NCBI RefSeq assembly: GCF_000281045.1
Contig: NW_008246082.1
Coordinates: forward strand, 660,910 to 718,012
Origin: Saprolegnia diclina VS20
Lineage: Eukaryota
Direction: 5' to 3'
Length of the DNA: 57,103 nt
Below, in pieces: positions 33,798 through 46,771 of this stretch (positions are counted from its first letter, which is position 1; every line of letters begins with the position of its first letter). The position numbers were made by a program, and so were the translations under genes. Below the pieces are notes generated by a model. That model ran no database searches, was not told where the DNA came from, and saw nothing but the letters and a program-made list of their open reading frames with translations.

Positions 33798-36700
33798 CTA
33801 CTCGGGCCCGTCGTACTTGAGCGCCACGTTGAAGTTGGTGACCGCCGTATCGGGTAGCACGAGGTACTGCGAGATCTCTTCCGCGGCCGACCGGAGCTGC
33901 GCCAAGTGCGCGTACGTGTGCGCCGCAGGGTTCAAATGCAGCTGCTTGACGCTCTCGACCCACGTCACTGCGCGGTTGACGTTGGCTTCGATCTCGCCGT
34001 AGAAATGCCGCATCTCTTCGTTGGGAAACTCGAGCTTGTCTTGCTTGGCGTCGCCCAAGAGGATCACCAGCTGCGAATACCTAGCATGCACCACTCAGCA
34101 CGGATACCACATCGTCGTCGAGACGTACCGCGGGGCCGACTTGTTGGCCAGCGTGAGCTCGCAGGCGCGGACGCACCACTGGATCGCGCGCAGCTTCTTG
34201 TGCGCGGCCTCGAGCTGCACGAGCGCTTCGTACCGGCGGAGCTCGTCGAGCTGCGTCTGAAGCGCGGCGATGACATCGGGGAGGCGCGGCAGAATCGACC
34301 GGATCGAAAACGTACTGAAAAAGTGCGCCTCAAAACTTACAATCGCATTGTGGAGGTCCGTGCCCCGAAGCACGAGCGCGCGGAGGTCGTCGAGCGCCGG
34401 GAGCTCCACCGAGAGGCACTCGCCGCGCGCAATGAGGCCCACGACTTGCTTGGGCGTCGGGCGGGACCGCCGCTTGGAGGCGCCAACGCCCTGCCGGAGC
34501 GCGCAGGCGCTGCAGCGGTACGCCTCGAGCGTGCTCATGACGGTCGGCGAGATGCCAATGCACTTGGCGTGGTACCATTCGTCGCAAAAGTCGCAGCAGA
34601 CCATCGGCACGTTGTCGACGGGCTCGCGACAGAGACAGTAGAGCGGCGCTGGCGGCCCGCCGCGGTACATGTAGGTCTTGCGCCGAGCTTGGCAGCACTC
34701 TTGGCAGAGGTACGGGGCTTTCGGCGGGCGGTCCGACGGCGCCCCGACGCACGCGAGGTGAAACTGGCGCGAGCATCCCGAGCAGCGCATCAATGGCACC
34801 TTGCTCGAGCACACTTGTTGGCAGACGCAGACAAGCGCCGTCAAGTCGTCTTCGGTCGCACTGGCGGCGTCGAGGACGTTTTGCAGCACAAAGACACCGT
34901 CCGGGTCGGAAGGCACCGGGTGCTTGAAGAGCCCAAACGCCCGCACGTGCCAGCGCCGCGCGTCCTGGATGCGGTTGTGCAGCTGTCGACGCAGGAGCGA
35001 CGACGCGGGGATGCCGACGGCCTCGGCCTGCGCTTCAAACTGGAGGGCGTCTGCGAGCGCAATCTTCTCGTCCATGCGCGTGGCCACGTTGGCTTCCCAC
35101 TGCTTGCCGTCCTTGAGGCGCTGCAGTAGCTGGACCGCCTCCATGGGCACGGCCGGCAGCTGGATGAGCCGCTTCGCCATGTCTTCGAGCTCCTCGAGCG
35201 AGATGACGGCGCGGACCTTGTCTTCAAGCGAGAGCTTGAGCCGCTCGCTGTCGCAGAGCGCGCGTAGCTCCGAGAGTTTGTCGAGCTTCCAGCCCTGGTG
35301 CACGAGGTTGCGCGCCGGTGAGCTCCAGAGCGCGTTGAGGTCGAGCATCGACGGAAACATCTCAAAGACGGTCCAGTCCTGCGGCGGCACGTTGTGCACG
35401 TTGGTCGTCGACCGCATGAGCAGCGTGTTGGCGGCCAGCAGCCAGTTGACGTACGCGAGGTCGCTCATGAGCAGACTGCGCTCGGGCACGAGCACGCCGA
35501 GCGAATGGAGCGAGTCGACCGCCGCTTGGATCGTCTCGACGAGCGCCGAGAGCGGCCCTGCCTCGTCCTTGAGGAGCGTCGTCCAGTCGTCGGCCACTTC
35601 GTCGAGCGGTCGGCCTTGCTGCATTTTGAGGCACACGATTTGCTGCATGATACCTTGGGCGGCCACCTGCTTGGCCTCGACGTCCTGTTGCAGCGCCTTG
35701 AGGCGCTCGAGTTCGGGGATGACAAAGGACATGGTCGAGGCCTCGTTGATGAGCGCCTGCAGCTCCTTCATCGTGGTCGTCGGCTGCTTCCGCGTCTTGT
35801 CCAAGAGCGGGCTCGCGCGTCCGCGCCACGCCAGAAAGAGCTTGTACGTCGCTTGGAGCGTCGCGAGCACGTCGTGGGGCACCCAAAGCCCCTGCGCAAC
35901 GAGGGTTTCGCCAATGCGCACGACCTCCTCGAGGCCCTTGACGGTCGAGAACGTCTTGGCCTGCACTTCCCAGCTCGTGAGGTTGGTCACCTTGGTCTCG
36001 ATCGCTTGAATGTACTCCAAGAGCTGGCTCGGGTGCATCCGGTACAAAAAGCACCCAAACTGGCTGGCGTCGCACTTGCACATGATGTCCATGTGGTCGG
36101 CGCACCCCACGTGGCGGCAGCGGAGACACACGACGGCCTGCAGATAGCAGTACTGCGCACATCGCGAGCACCGGAGACCTTCGTTCTTGCCCGAGCGGCC
36201 GGCCCAGAGCACCATGCGCGACATGCGCGAGCCACCCGCCATCATCTTCCCCGAGGCCATCATCTTGCCCGCAGCCATCATCTTGCCCGACCGCCCTTTC
36301 TGCATCTTGGTGGGAGGCTCGTCAACGTCATCGCCGTCGTCGTCGGCCTTGCAATCCCGCATGCGCGCCGAGTTGCGCGTCGACGAGGACGCGCGGCCGT
36401 GGGACGCAAGGTACGTCGTCATGTCTTCGGCCTTGGGCAGGCGCTTCCCGGCCGTCTCGAACGCGAGCGCCTCTTGGTAGACTACACATAAGACACTGAG
36501 CATCGACGGCAAGGGCACGCATCGTCGGACGTTGCTTGAGACTCGGGAGGAGCTGCGACACAAAGCCCGGGTACTCCATCGTCTTGGTGTGCTCGATCGC
36601 CGCCAGCGTGAGCGTGCACAGAAGCGCGTCGTGCGAGAAGACGGGCACTTTGCCAAAGCTACGCGCGCCACTCAGATCTCACAGGAACGATCCCGAGTAC

Positions 36701-39152
36701 AAACCGCTTGTAGTTTTGGACCGCTTGGTGGCCCCACGGCAGCCAATCGGGCGTCGCAAAGTTGACGGCTTCGGCGAGGTTGAAGCCGTTGTTGAAGCCG
36801 CCGTGGTACGACGACGGGAACGTCACGATGAACTCGTTGGGCTCGTGCGTCGCGCGGTACACGGGCACGCCGTGCTTGCGCAGCGTCTCGGGCGAAAACA
36901 TGGTCACGAGCTGGAGGTGCAGATCCGGCTGGTGCACAAAGAGGTCGGGCGTCAGCTTGCGCATGACGGCCTCCATCTTCCCGGCCGCGTGCCCCGGGAC
37001 TCCGTACCACGTCTTGGGCGCGCCGCGGTGGAGGTACGAGATCGAGTAAAAGTTGTGGTCTTCCACGTGCCAGCAGAACGTCGAGAAGGCCATGCCCACG
37101 TAGAGCCAGGGCACCATGACGCCCTTGATGTCTTCGTCGAGGTACTGGAGCAGTGACCCGTTGAGTTTCGGGAGGTTGGTGAGGTTCCACGGGCTGCTCG
37201 CGTACATCTCGAGCTGGTTGATCGCGTCGAAGTCCGCCTCGTTCTTCATCGCGAGACCCTCCACGAGGAGCGCTTGGAGCGCGACATCGCTCGGGTCGAG
37301 CTCCTTGGCGTGCAAATGCACGTTCTTCCAGCGCTCGAGGAGCCGCGACCGGAGCTTCTTGAGCTTGTCGAGGACCGGGAAGCCGGATCCGTTGACGCCC
37401 GTGTCCACGTCGCTGCCGTACTCGACTTCGATCTTGTGGTTGGGCGAGTTGAGGAGCCGCCAGTACTCGGCCTCGAGCTCCTGCGGCGTCGGTAGGTTCC
37501 CGTCAAAGTGCTCCGACAGCCACTTGTCGGCCTGCGCCTTGAACGCTGCGAGCGTGTACTCGGGGCCCGTCTCAAAGCCAAACTTTTGGCTGGTCGACGT
37601 CGTCGCCGCCTTCTCGTTCATGCACGATTCGCAAAACCAGTCGCCTTGGGGCATCGTCGCCAGCGGCGAGGCGATGCAGAACGCGTGGTACCCGCCGTTG
37701 CAGCCGTCGCAGAGCAGCATGCGGTCGCGGCAGTCGGCGCGGAGGCAGATCTGGCAAATCTCTTCCGAGAGCGCCAGCTTGGCCATGGCCCTACAACACA
37801 AAGTTTCATATGCATGCAAATGAGTCCACGGAGCGTACGGGTCGCTGCCGTTGGCGAGAATGAACTGCATCGTCGCGTACGACACTGTGTCTTTGGCGCC
37901 GTCTACGCCAGCACGCGTGAGCGTCCACGCATACTCTAAACTAGACAACGTACTCGCATATTCGATCGCGACGGACGGCTTCTTGCCGCCCATGACGCGC
38001 TTGACTTCGCCCAGAAGCGGCTCGGCGGTCTGGAACGCGCGGTAAAACTTTTGCTGCAGTCGAACAACCGGCGGCGACAAGCGCTCCGTGCGCGTTTGGT
38101 CGGACGCGAGGCCCGACGGCTCGAGCTGCGACGCCGGCACGGGCTCTTGCTCGTCCGGCATCAAGATGCGCGGACCATTCTGGTTCTTTCGAGGCCGGCC
38201 ACGGCCGCGCTTGATCAAGCCAGGAAAGATCGCCGGCGGACTGCTGGCGTCCGAACTCGTTGGCTTTTGGGGCGTCGACGGCGCGGTCTCCGACTTGCGC
38301 GGCCGACCGCGACCGCGCTTCTTCATGACGATCTGCGGCGAGCCCTCGTCGTCGTCGTCTTGCGTTGACGGCGTCTGCGCTGGTGTTTGCGCCGGTGTCT
38401 GGGCTGGTGTGTGCAGCGGCGTGGCCGGCGCGGAAGGTGCCGTGACGTCGTCTGCCGTCGACGATGTCTTTTCGTGCTCTTCGTAGCTCAAGAGATGGGT
38501 GTGGTAGAGGTCGCGAACGTGGTTGCTCGAGGCCAGCGGAATGCGCAGCGTCGAGAGCGCATTGAGGTTCGCAATCACCGCGGGCCACTGCTGGTCCGTC
38601 TCGACCGCTGCAAAGCCGCCAAGCTCCGAGACGCTTCGGTAGAGCAGCTGGAACGGCACGGGCTTGCCATCGATCGACGGCAGGTCGTGCATCGGGGCAC
38701 CACGGCGGTACTAGCAAGAACAGGCACCTTTAAACCACCCACAAATCCATCTTTGCAGCGTACGTGGAACATGCGCAGGGCCTCGAGGAACTGGCCTTCC
38801 TCGCGGGCATTGCCCTAGAAACGATTCGCCTTGCGCATCCATGCATCGAGACGTACCTCGATGCAGTAGAGGGGCTGGAGCCGGGTGCGGAAGCGGAATT
38901 TTTTTTCATTCACGGCGAACGGCGGGCGCCAGCCTTTGGGCGGCACGATCTTGCAGATACCGGTCTTGCGCGCCTCGTCGCGGATGCTACAGTCGGCGTG
39001 CAGTCGAATTTAGTCGACTAGTTTGGCTACCTCGAAATGTAGTGCAGTGGGTTTTCAAACTCCGCCGGCGTCGGGTAGAAAATTAAGCACGGTGGGCAGA
39101 TGTAGCCATTCGTCTCCTGGCAGACGCCGTCGGCTTCGGCGGACATTGCCAT
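33798..39152 (-). CDS. KDM5: KDM5/JARID1-type histone H3K4 demethylase, spliced
   Basis: JmjN ([12 protein letters not shown]), ARID, AT-hooks, PHD ([22 protein letters not shown]), JmjC ([32 protein letters not shown]), C5HC2 finger, PLU-1 helical region and two further PHD fingers. Confidence 0.93.
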
Positions 39153-40156
39153 GCGCGCAAGTGAAGCGAGACAAGCGGCGTCGGTGGCCGACCGAGAAAC
39201 CAGAAATTGTCACCGGCGACGCCAACCACCGAACCTAAAGAAGCCCATACAAAACCCAAGATCTGAATCTTCCCCTACCCGCGTTACGACGCACGCGATT
39301 GGCCAAAATGCGACGAATCCGCCGCCGATTGGCTAAAAATAAACTGGCGCTTTGCCGCATAAAACGGAGCAAGAAAATGGAAGGGTTCGGGCGGCGGTGG
39401 GCGCGGTGGCGGTGCCGCCGCCGGCCATGACCGCGACCGAAGCGCTTGCGCCACCGGTGAATCGATGGAGAGTGGCGGTGCAGAGGGCTCCTGAAAATTG
39501 CAGCCTGTCGTGACGCCTATGGACTGAGAAACAACCGACCGCCTTTGGAGCGACGGCGCACCGCCCGCGCGTCGGTGCACGTCGTCGTGGCCTGCGCAGA
39601 AGGCTAAATCGAGCGACGCTGCATTGGTACACTGCATGCATGCTGGAGATTGCTACGGTGTATATGCGCTCTCGTGTCCTCCGTCGAGACTACGGCGCTA
39701 GACTACCGGCTAGTGCTTCCGCTTCGGCACCGCAGTGCTCGCAGACTGCATCAACCGTGGTGACAGCGGTGCGATCGACACGATTACGACGTGTAGATTC
39801 GCCGCGCTATCAGCAAAGTGCAAAGCGCGCTGCTAGTCTTGTTCGTTCGGGCACGGCCTTTTGCTCCGATGACGGTGTTCGACATTGCTCTACGCCCCGT
39901 CGCCGCCTCCGTGTTCCGCCAGCACTCGCGTCCATGAGTCTACCTACCTCGATGCGGCCATGGGCAAGACGCGCCGTGTCGCCATCGAGCGGATGCTGGG
40001 TGCAAACAGCTCGTCATGTTGCAGCTGCCACGACCGGCATTGGACTGATCTTGGTCGCACTCTTTTTTTCAGAAAGGCAGCTCTTCATACAAACACCAAG
40101 CTATTCAGGAAGCAAGGGATTTAAAACCAAAGTGGATCCACTTGTGCGGAAGCGAA

Positions 40157-40170
40157 TCATTTCGACTTTG
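40157..40170 (+). promoter_or_regulatory. INR/FPR-like element upstream of the aspartic protease
   Basis: TCATTTCGACTTTG ending 11 nt before the ATG at 40182. Confidence 0.45.
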
Positions 40171-40181
40171 GACCGACGACG

Positions 40182-41327
40182 ATGAAGATCCAGGCAGCGC
40201 TCGCGGTCACCGCGCTCGCGATGGGCGTCGCAGACGCGGCCTCGTTCCGCATGAAGATGGAGAAGGTCGACGACGCGACCTTTGTCGAGAGCGTCATGTG
40301 GCACCAGCCGCGCAGCCAGCGCACGGCCGTGTGGGACCCGACGCAGGCCGACCTCACGGACGACGTCGTGCACGACAGCGGCAGCGTCGTCATTGAGAAC
40401 TTCCAGAACGCGCAGTACTTTGGCAAGATCGAGCTCGGGTCGCCGGGCCAGAGCTTCAACGTCATCTTCGACACGGGCTCGAGCAACCTGTGGGTGCCCA
40501 ACCGCGCGTTTGGGGCGCACAAGCACTACAACCACAGCCTCTCGTCGTCGTACAAGGCCAATGGCACCGACTTCCACATTCAGTATGGCAGCGGGCCCGT
40601 CTCGGGATACTTCTCGCAGGACACGCTCAACGTCGCGGGTATCCAGCTGCAGGACCAGATCTTCGCCGAGGTCAACGTCACCAAGGGTCTTGGGCCCGCG
40701 TACTATCTTGGTCGCTTTGACGGGATCTTTGGGCTCGCGTTCGACTCGATCTCTGTCGGCCACGTCGAGACGCCCTTCCATCGCATGCTCGCGACATTGG
40801 ACAAGCCCCTCTTTGCGTTCTACCTCGGCACCAACCAGCCGGGTGAGCTCACGTTCGGGGAGCTGGACCCCAAGCACTACACGGGCGAGATCTCGTATGT
40901 CGAGCTCTCGAGCTCGACGTACTGGCAGATTCCGCTGGACGGCGTCACGGCCGGCGACCAAGCCATTGCGAGCAACGTCCAGTGCATTGTCGACTCTGGC
41001 ACATCGCTGCTTGCAGGCCCAAAGGCCGAGATCAAGAAGCTCGCCAAGGAGGTCGGCGCCCACGCGTTCATTATGGGCGAGTACCTCATCCAGTGCGACT
41101 CGCCGGGTCCCGATATTACGTTTACGGTCGGCGGCAAGGCGTATACGCTCACGAAGCAAGAGTACATCATCCGCAGCGGCCCCGTCTGCCTCTTTGCGTT
41201 CATTGGCCTCGACATTCCCGGCAACCCGCTCTGGATCCTCGGCGACGTCTTCATGCGCAAGCACTACACGGTCTTCGAGTGGTCCACGACCGGCAAGCCC
41301 CGCATTGGCTTTGCCAACGCTGCATAA
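40182..41327 (+). CDS. Pepsin-family (A1) aspartic protease, cathepsin D-like, with signal peptide
   Basis: Signal peptide, NAQYFGKI, FDTGSSNLWVP, IQYGSG, IVDSGTSLL and WILGDVFMRKHYTVF. Confidence 0.96.
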   Translation: MKIQAALAVTALAMGVADAASFRMKMEKVDDATFVESVMWHQPRSQRTAVWDPTQADLTDDVVHDSGSVVIENFQNAQYFGKIELGSPGQSFNVIFDTGSSNLWVPNRAFGAHKHYNHSLSSSYKANGTDFHIQYGSGPVSGYFSQDTLNVAGIQLQDQIFAEVNVTKGLGPAYYLGRFDGIFGLAFDSISVGHVETPFHRMLATLDKPLFAFYLGTNQPGELTFGELDPKHYTGEISYVELSSSTYWQIPLDGVTAGDQAIASNVQCIVDSGTSLLAGPKAEIKKLAKEVGAHAFIMGEYLIQCDSPGPDITFTVGGKAYTLTKQEYIIRSGPVCLFAFIGLDIPGNPLWILGDVFMRKHYTVFEWSTTGKPRIGFANAA

Positions 41328-41953
41328 AATTCGTAGCATGTTGCATCCATATCTTTGCCTTCTCGGCTTGACACGCTTTGCAGCGCTGTGGCTCGAGGAG
41401 TGTGGTCTCACGAGACTGCGGTCCACGCAGGGGAGGAGGCGGTGCCAATACAGTGTAATACGTCCTCGGTTCGAGGACAATCGATCGCCCATGGCGGGCT
41501 AGTACGGTCCATGCACCCGTGTCGCCGAACGGACACGCGACATGCCACGCGGCTCGTCCCAGCTATGAGTTCTTATTTGCGGTCGCGCCACGGCGCCAGA
41601 GCCACGGCAAGCAGAGAGGGCCGCCCTGCGTAAGTGCTACAGCCACGTGGATGCGCGCGACATGTGAGGCGTCCACGGCGACCGCGGAGCTCCCGCCGAC
41701 GTCCGCGCTGATGTCTCCGGATGTTCAACCTCAGATTCGCCACCCTTAGCCAAACTATACTTACTTCAAGTGTCTTGGCCACCGCGGTCGTTGAAGTGGG
41801 CACAGCGATATGATTGGCTGAAATCTTAACCGCTCTACCAATCACGCGCGCGTCGTCGGCCACAAGGTGCAACAATTGCCAAGTTGCACGGTACCAACGC
41901 GATGGCGCCCGTCGATCGCGGCTAACGAGACGTGGACTAGGAACGTGTCCAGC

Positions 41954-44900
41954 ATGGCCGAGAAGCAGCCTCTGCTACCAGGTCTCAATCTACGCGTCAA
42001 CACGGCGGCCGAGCCCCGGCGCGTCGGGTCCGGGCGCGAGACGCCGACGCCGGTCTCGAGCACGCAGAACCGCCAGTCGCGCCAGTGGCGGTTCTCTGTT
42101 GTCGAAGAGCTTGCATCGCCCGTGTTCCGCGACGACTTTGACGAGATGCCATGGGATGCCAAGCAAGGTAAGATTCCAATCTCTCTAGCCCGACGATGCG
42201 ACGCGATGCTGCAGCGTCGACAACGCCCCACCCGTTCGAGTACAACCCCCAGAGCTCGGCGCCGCGGCTCCGGACGCGCACTAACAGCCTTGGCGCGCTG
42301 CGTGATGGCGGCAGCCAAACGCCCTCGACGTACCCAAGCGATTGCGCTTGCAGCTTCTGCAACCTGATCATGATGCGGTAGGTCGACGATCCCCGAGAAC
42401 GACGCGACTGTGTTTGACGGCGCGTACCACTCGATGTACATTTCGCCGCACCCCAAAGGTGCGCTTCGACACTGACGCTCGCAATCGCTATACTGTGCTA
42501 GGCTGGCGCGGTATCGTCGTCTTGCTGCAGAGTCCCGTGCTCCTCGTCTTGATCGGGCTCTTCTCCGCCTTCCTCGGGTACTCGACCTCACTTGCATTTC
42601 GTCTCACTGCATATCGATGCGCGCTAGGCTGTGGCTCGACGCCATCATCTTGCGTGTGACCGCCTACCACCAAGCGCTCGCCAGCAACGGGTTCGCGCAC
42701 ACTGCTACCGTCGCTCGCTCACGACCCTTGGTGTAGCTTTGGCGTCTTCTTCCTCTTTTCCCTTGCTGCCGGCATCCTTGGGACAGTACGATGCATCTTT
42801 GGATTCTGAAATGGCTCTCAATATGGTTGTCGATAGCTTCTCGTTCACTTTGTATCGCCGGAAGCTGCAGGCTCGGGTCTGCCACAAATGAAAGTCGCGC
42901 TCTCTGGTTCAAGGTCCTGCGACTCGATCACATCGTAATGGTGTCGTAGGTGTCGACATGCATGAGTTCCTAAGCGCACGCTGCCTCGTCGTCAAGATGG
43001 CGGGGCTTGTCATGGCGTACGCGGCGGCGCTCAGTATCGGCAAAGAAGGCCCGTTCATCATGATCTCGTGCTGCTTTGCCGAGTGTTTGATGCAGATGGA
43101 CATTTTCCGCCGCATCCACGACGACTCGGCCAAGCGGTACGACGTATCTCTTCCAAAGACAAGTTGTCTCAAGTAGTGTGGACGTAGGCTCGAGATGCTC
43201 GCGTGCGCGTGCGCCTCGGGCGTTGCGGCGACGTTCGGAACGCCGTTTGGCGGCGTCCTCTTTGCCGTCGAAGTCACATCGTCGTTTTACATGGTGCGGA
43301 CGCTTCCGCGATCGTTCTTTGCCGCACTCGCGGGCTCGATCACGATTTCGTTTCTGGTCACGAACGGCAAGTACGGCCTCTTTGACCGGTCCGCGGGTCT
43401 CGGCCTCATCGACACGGACTTTACTCGGTGCGTTGAGGTATGGACAACTTGTATGCAACAGGGTGCTGTAGCGAATTCACATCCGTGGACATGTGCATCT
43501 TCATCTTTATCGGTGTCGTCTGCGGCGTCCTCGGCGCGGTCTTCATCTTTGTCATCTCGATGCTCGTGCGAGTGCGCGATCGGTGGTTTCTCAGCTCTCG
43601 GTACGCCACGTTTTCCGCCAGGTCTTGAAACACGAGGTAGCGGCCCGCGACTACTGTACAAGCGCCTCGGTATCGTCATCCTCGTGACGTTGATTGCCAA
43701 CATTTTCGATTTCTTTGGCGATCCGGCATGGTTCCTCGACCACGGTAGAGTTGATTTCACGGAGGCACTCATCGACGCATCACGCAGGCTCGCCGCAGAC
43801 GATCATCAATACGCTCTTCACCAAGGCCGACTCGAAAGAAGAGGGCGCGGAGCTCGCGCGGTCCCTCATCACGTTCTTCCCGCTCAAGTACATATTGACC
43901 ATGAGTATGCAAATACCTGAATCTACATATATGAAGGGCCTTGATGTAGTCTGCGTCGTTGTGCCGTTGCCCGCTGGTGTCTTCACCCCGACGTTTGTCA
44001 TCGGCGGCATCTTTGGGCGCATGATTGGCGAAGCCATCCAAGTCACGGGCGTTGTCTCGACCGAGTTTGAACCGTTTGAATTTGCGATCCTCGGCGCCGC
44101 CGCCTTCTCGACTGGCGTCACGCGCGCCATCTCAACCGCAGTCATCATCATGGAAGTGAGCCACAACGGGTACGAGATGTCTCTCGCCGACGACCGACGT
44201 AGTGTTTTGTCCGTAGGTACCTCACGATCCCCGTGTCCATCTCCATTTTGGCTGCATACTTCACGGGCGGTCGCTTCATCGAGAATGTGTATGTCTCCTT
44301 CCGCGTCATACTGCGATTCAACGGTTTGTAGCTACGACGTGCTCATCACGACGTCACGCTTGCCGCGCTTGCAAAAATTGCCGAAAGCGGCCTACGACAT
44401 TCCGAGCTGGGAAGTCATGAAGGTCATTTCCTCTCGACTTTCTAGTAGAGTCTCACGAGGGTCGTGTAGACGGTGGATGCGATGGTTGTGCTGAGCGCCG
44501 ACGCTACGTACCGGCGCGCAGAAGAGCTCCTCGCGCTCTCGGGCGACCCCGTCTTCCCCATCGTCGTACGACCAAACTAAGGTCTAATACCGACTCTTAT
44601 CTTGCTGGTATGCTAGGACTCGTCACGGTCGATGCACTTGATTGGCGCGGTGACCCGGACGCGCCTCCAGCAAGCGATCGAGTACTGCTACCTCAAGACA
44701 CGGCTCATGCCACCGCAGGCCAAGGTACTTCTCGTCCTACAGAGGTATAGATGCGTAATAAGATCTTAGGACGACCGCACCAAGCAGCTCCTCGACTGGC
44801 GTATCCAGTTTGCATTTCGACGGGGCGGCCACGTCCTCGGGCTCGGCACAAACACGATCCTCGAGCGCACCAAGCTGACGGTATCGACGCCATCAGCGAT

Positions 44901-45313
44901 CAGATCTTATGCGGCTGTTAGGTGCTCGTAAACCCGAGTCCGTTTACTGTCGTGGGCATGACCAACATGCAGCGCGTCGATACGATCTTCCGCATGCTCA
45001 AACTCAACAACGCGTACGAGTGTTTGAGATTTGCCCATCATCCGCAAGAGTATATTTGCTACGTAGGTATGTGACGCACTGCGGCCAGCTCGTCGGCGTC
45101 ATCTCGCGCGCGCGTCTCATGCAATTCCTCAGCACGGTACGTCGTTTGATGGCATCTCGACCGTCTCTGCAGCACTATTTGCAGACAACCAAGTACCGCA
45201 TCCCCGGCGTCCTCAAGCACGTGAGCCACATGATCAGTGAATGCTGCCCCAAAGACAAGAAGCCCGTCCCCAAAGACGAACCCAACTTTGACGATTACGT
45301 CCAAGTCCCCTAG
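41954..45313 (+). CDS. CLC-family chloride channel with CBS domains, many introns
   Basis: [43 protein letters not shown] and YDVLI, plus C-terminal CBS-like segments. Confidence 0.92.
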
Positions 45314-45635
45314 TGATCACTTTTGTGGTCGTGTAACCCTAAACCTCCGTGCTCGCGTTATCATGGGATCACATGAACTTCGCCCGATGCAAACGCTACG
45401 GAGACACGTGCATGCATCAAGTTGATACATTCGTCGTGCAATATTTACTTGATCATGCTCGTCAAGAAGAAGAGGAAGATGGTGAGGAAACAACGTGACC
45501 AAAGTTCGAGGTGGGTCGACGGCGTCCGGGATTTCTCCGGGAACTGGCCACACGTGGGCCTGTGAAGCGAGTGACTGGATGTTTGTATGTCGAATAAAAC
45601 GCTGCAAAACCAACTCGAATATTTGGCAAGTGGCG

Positions 45636-46614
45636 ATGGACCAAGTGACGTTGACGTTCGAGGAGCTCTCGATCTTGAACGAGCGCAAGGAAGAGATCAA
45701 GCGCGACCACCTCGAGTACCTCGATGCGCACCCGGAGCTCAAGACGCTCATGAGCTCGTTCATGTGCGCCGTCCTCATGGAGAAGCCCGCCGACGTCGTC
45801 GCCTTTGCCAAGGCCCACTTTGACGCGCTCGCGCCCATGAAGATCGCGGTACGCTGTTTGAACTTACTTGCACACTGGCTCATGAGGCGCGTAGCCGGCG
45901 CCGCTCATCGTTGCCGGTCCTTCGGGCGTGGGCAAGGGCACGCTCATCAACCGCCTCATGGCCAAGTACCCCGACCTCTTTGGCTTTTCGGTGAGCCACA
46001 CGACGCGTGGCCCGCGTGAAGGTACTCGATCATCTCCAATGACAAGCGACTGACGAACATGCAGGCGAGGTCAACGGCGTCGCCTATCACTTTGTCACGA
46101 TCGACGAGTTTGACGGCCAAGTTGCCAAGGACGCCTTCCTCGAGCACGCCAACGTCCACGGCAACCGGTATGGCACGAGCAAGTTTGCCGTCGAACACGT
46201 ATGACCCTTATCTTGTCCGTACGCGTCTAACTCTAATCCGTGAGTAGGTGCAAGCCCAGGAGAAGATTTGCATCTTGGACATTGACGTCCAGGGCGTGCG
46301 CCAGGTCCAAGGCGCCAACCTCAAGAAGGTCAACTACCTCTTCGTCGCGCCGCCGTCGATGGCCGACCTCGAGAAGCGCCTGCGCGGCCGGTACGGCAAC
46401 GACCCACCAACTTCTACTGCAACCATCCTTGCTTAGTGGCACCGAAACCGAGGACAAGATCAAGATCCGGCTCGCGAACGCCAAGGGCGAGGTCGACTTT
46501 GCTGGCGAAGGTCACTTTGACAAGGTCCTCGTCAACAACGACCTCGACGAAGCGTTCGCGGAGCTCGAAGAAACGCTCTTCAAGTGGTACCCCGAGGTCC
46601 GCTTCCAGCAGTAG
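45636..46614 (+). CDS. GUK1: Guanylate kinase with N-terminal RIIa/DPY30-type dimerization-docking domain, spliced
   Basis: Exon 1 [35 protein letters not shown]; then [60 protein letters not shown] and VNNDLDEA. Confidence 0.9.
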
Positions 46615-46771
46615 ACCGACTAGATTGCATACTACACCACCTTCGACGACGATATAGTACATACTATAGTTGTATTAGGACTAGGAACGACGCCGGCTGG
46701 GCTTCGAATGAGATTACGTGCGGGGGTTGGGTGTTTCTAGCACATTTGGAGCGGGCGCACTTGCAAAAACC

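Noticed and set aside
41755..41845. ATACTTAC (U1-like start) and TGATTGG...CCAATCA inverted repeat as a possible ncRNA or tRNA
   Set aside because: The U1 match stops before CTG and no cloverleaf forms; better explained as opposed CCAAT boxes in the CLC promoter.
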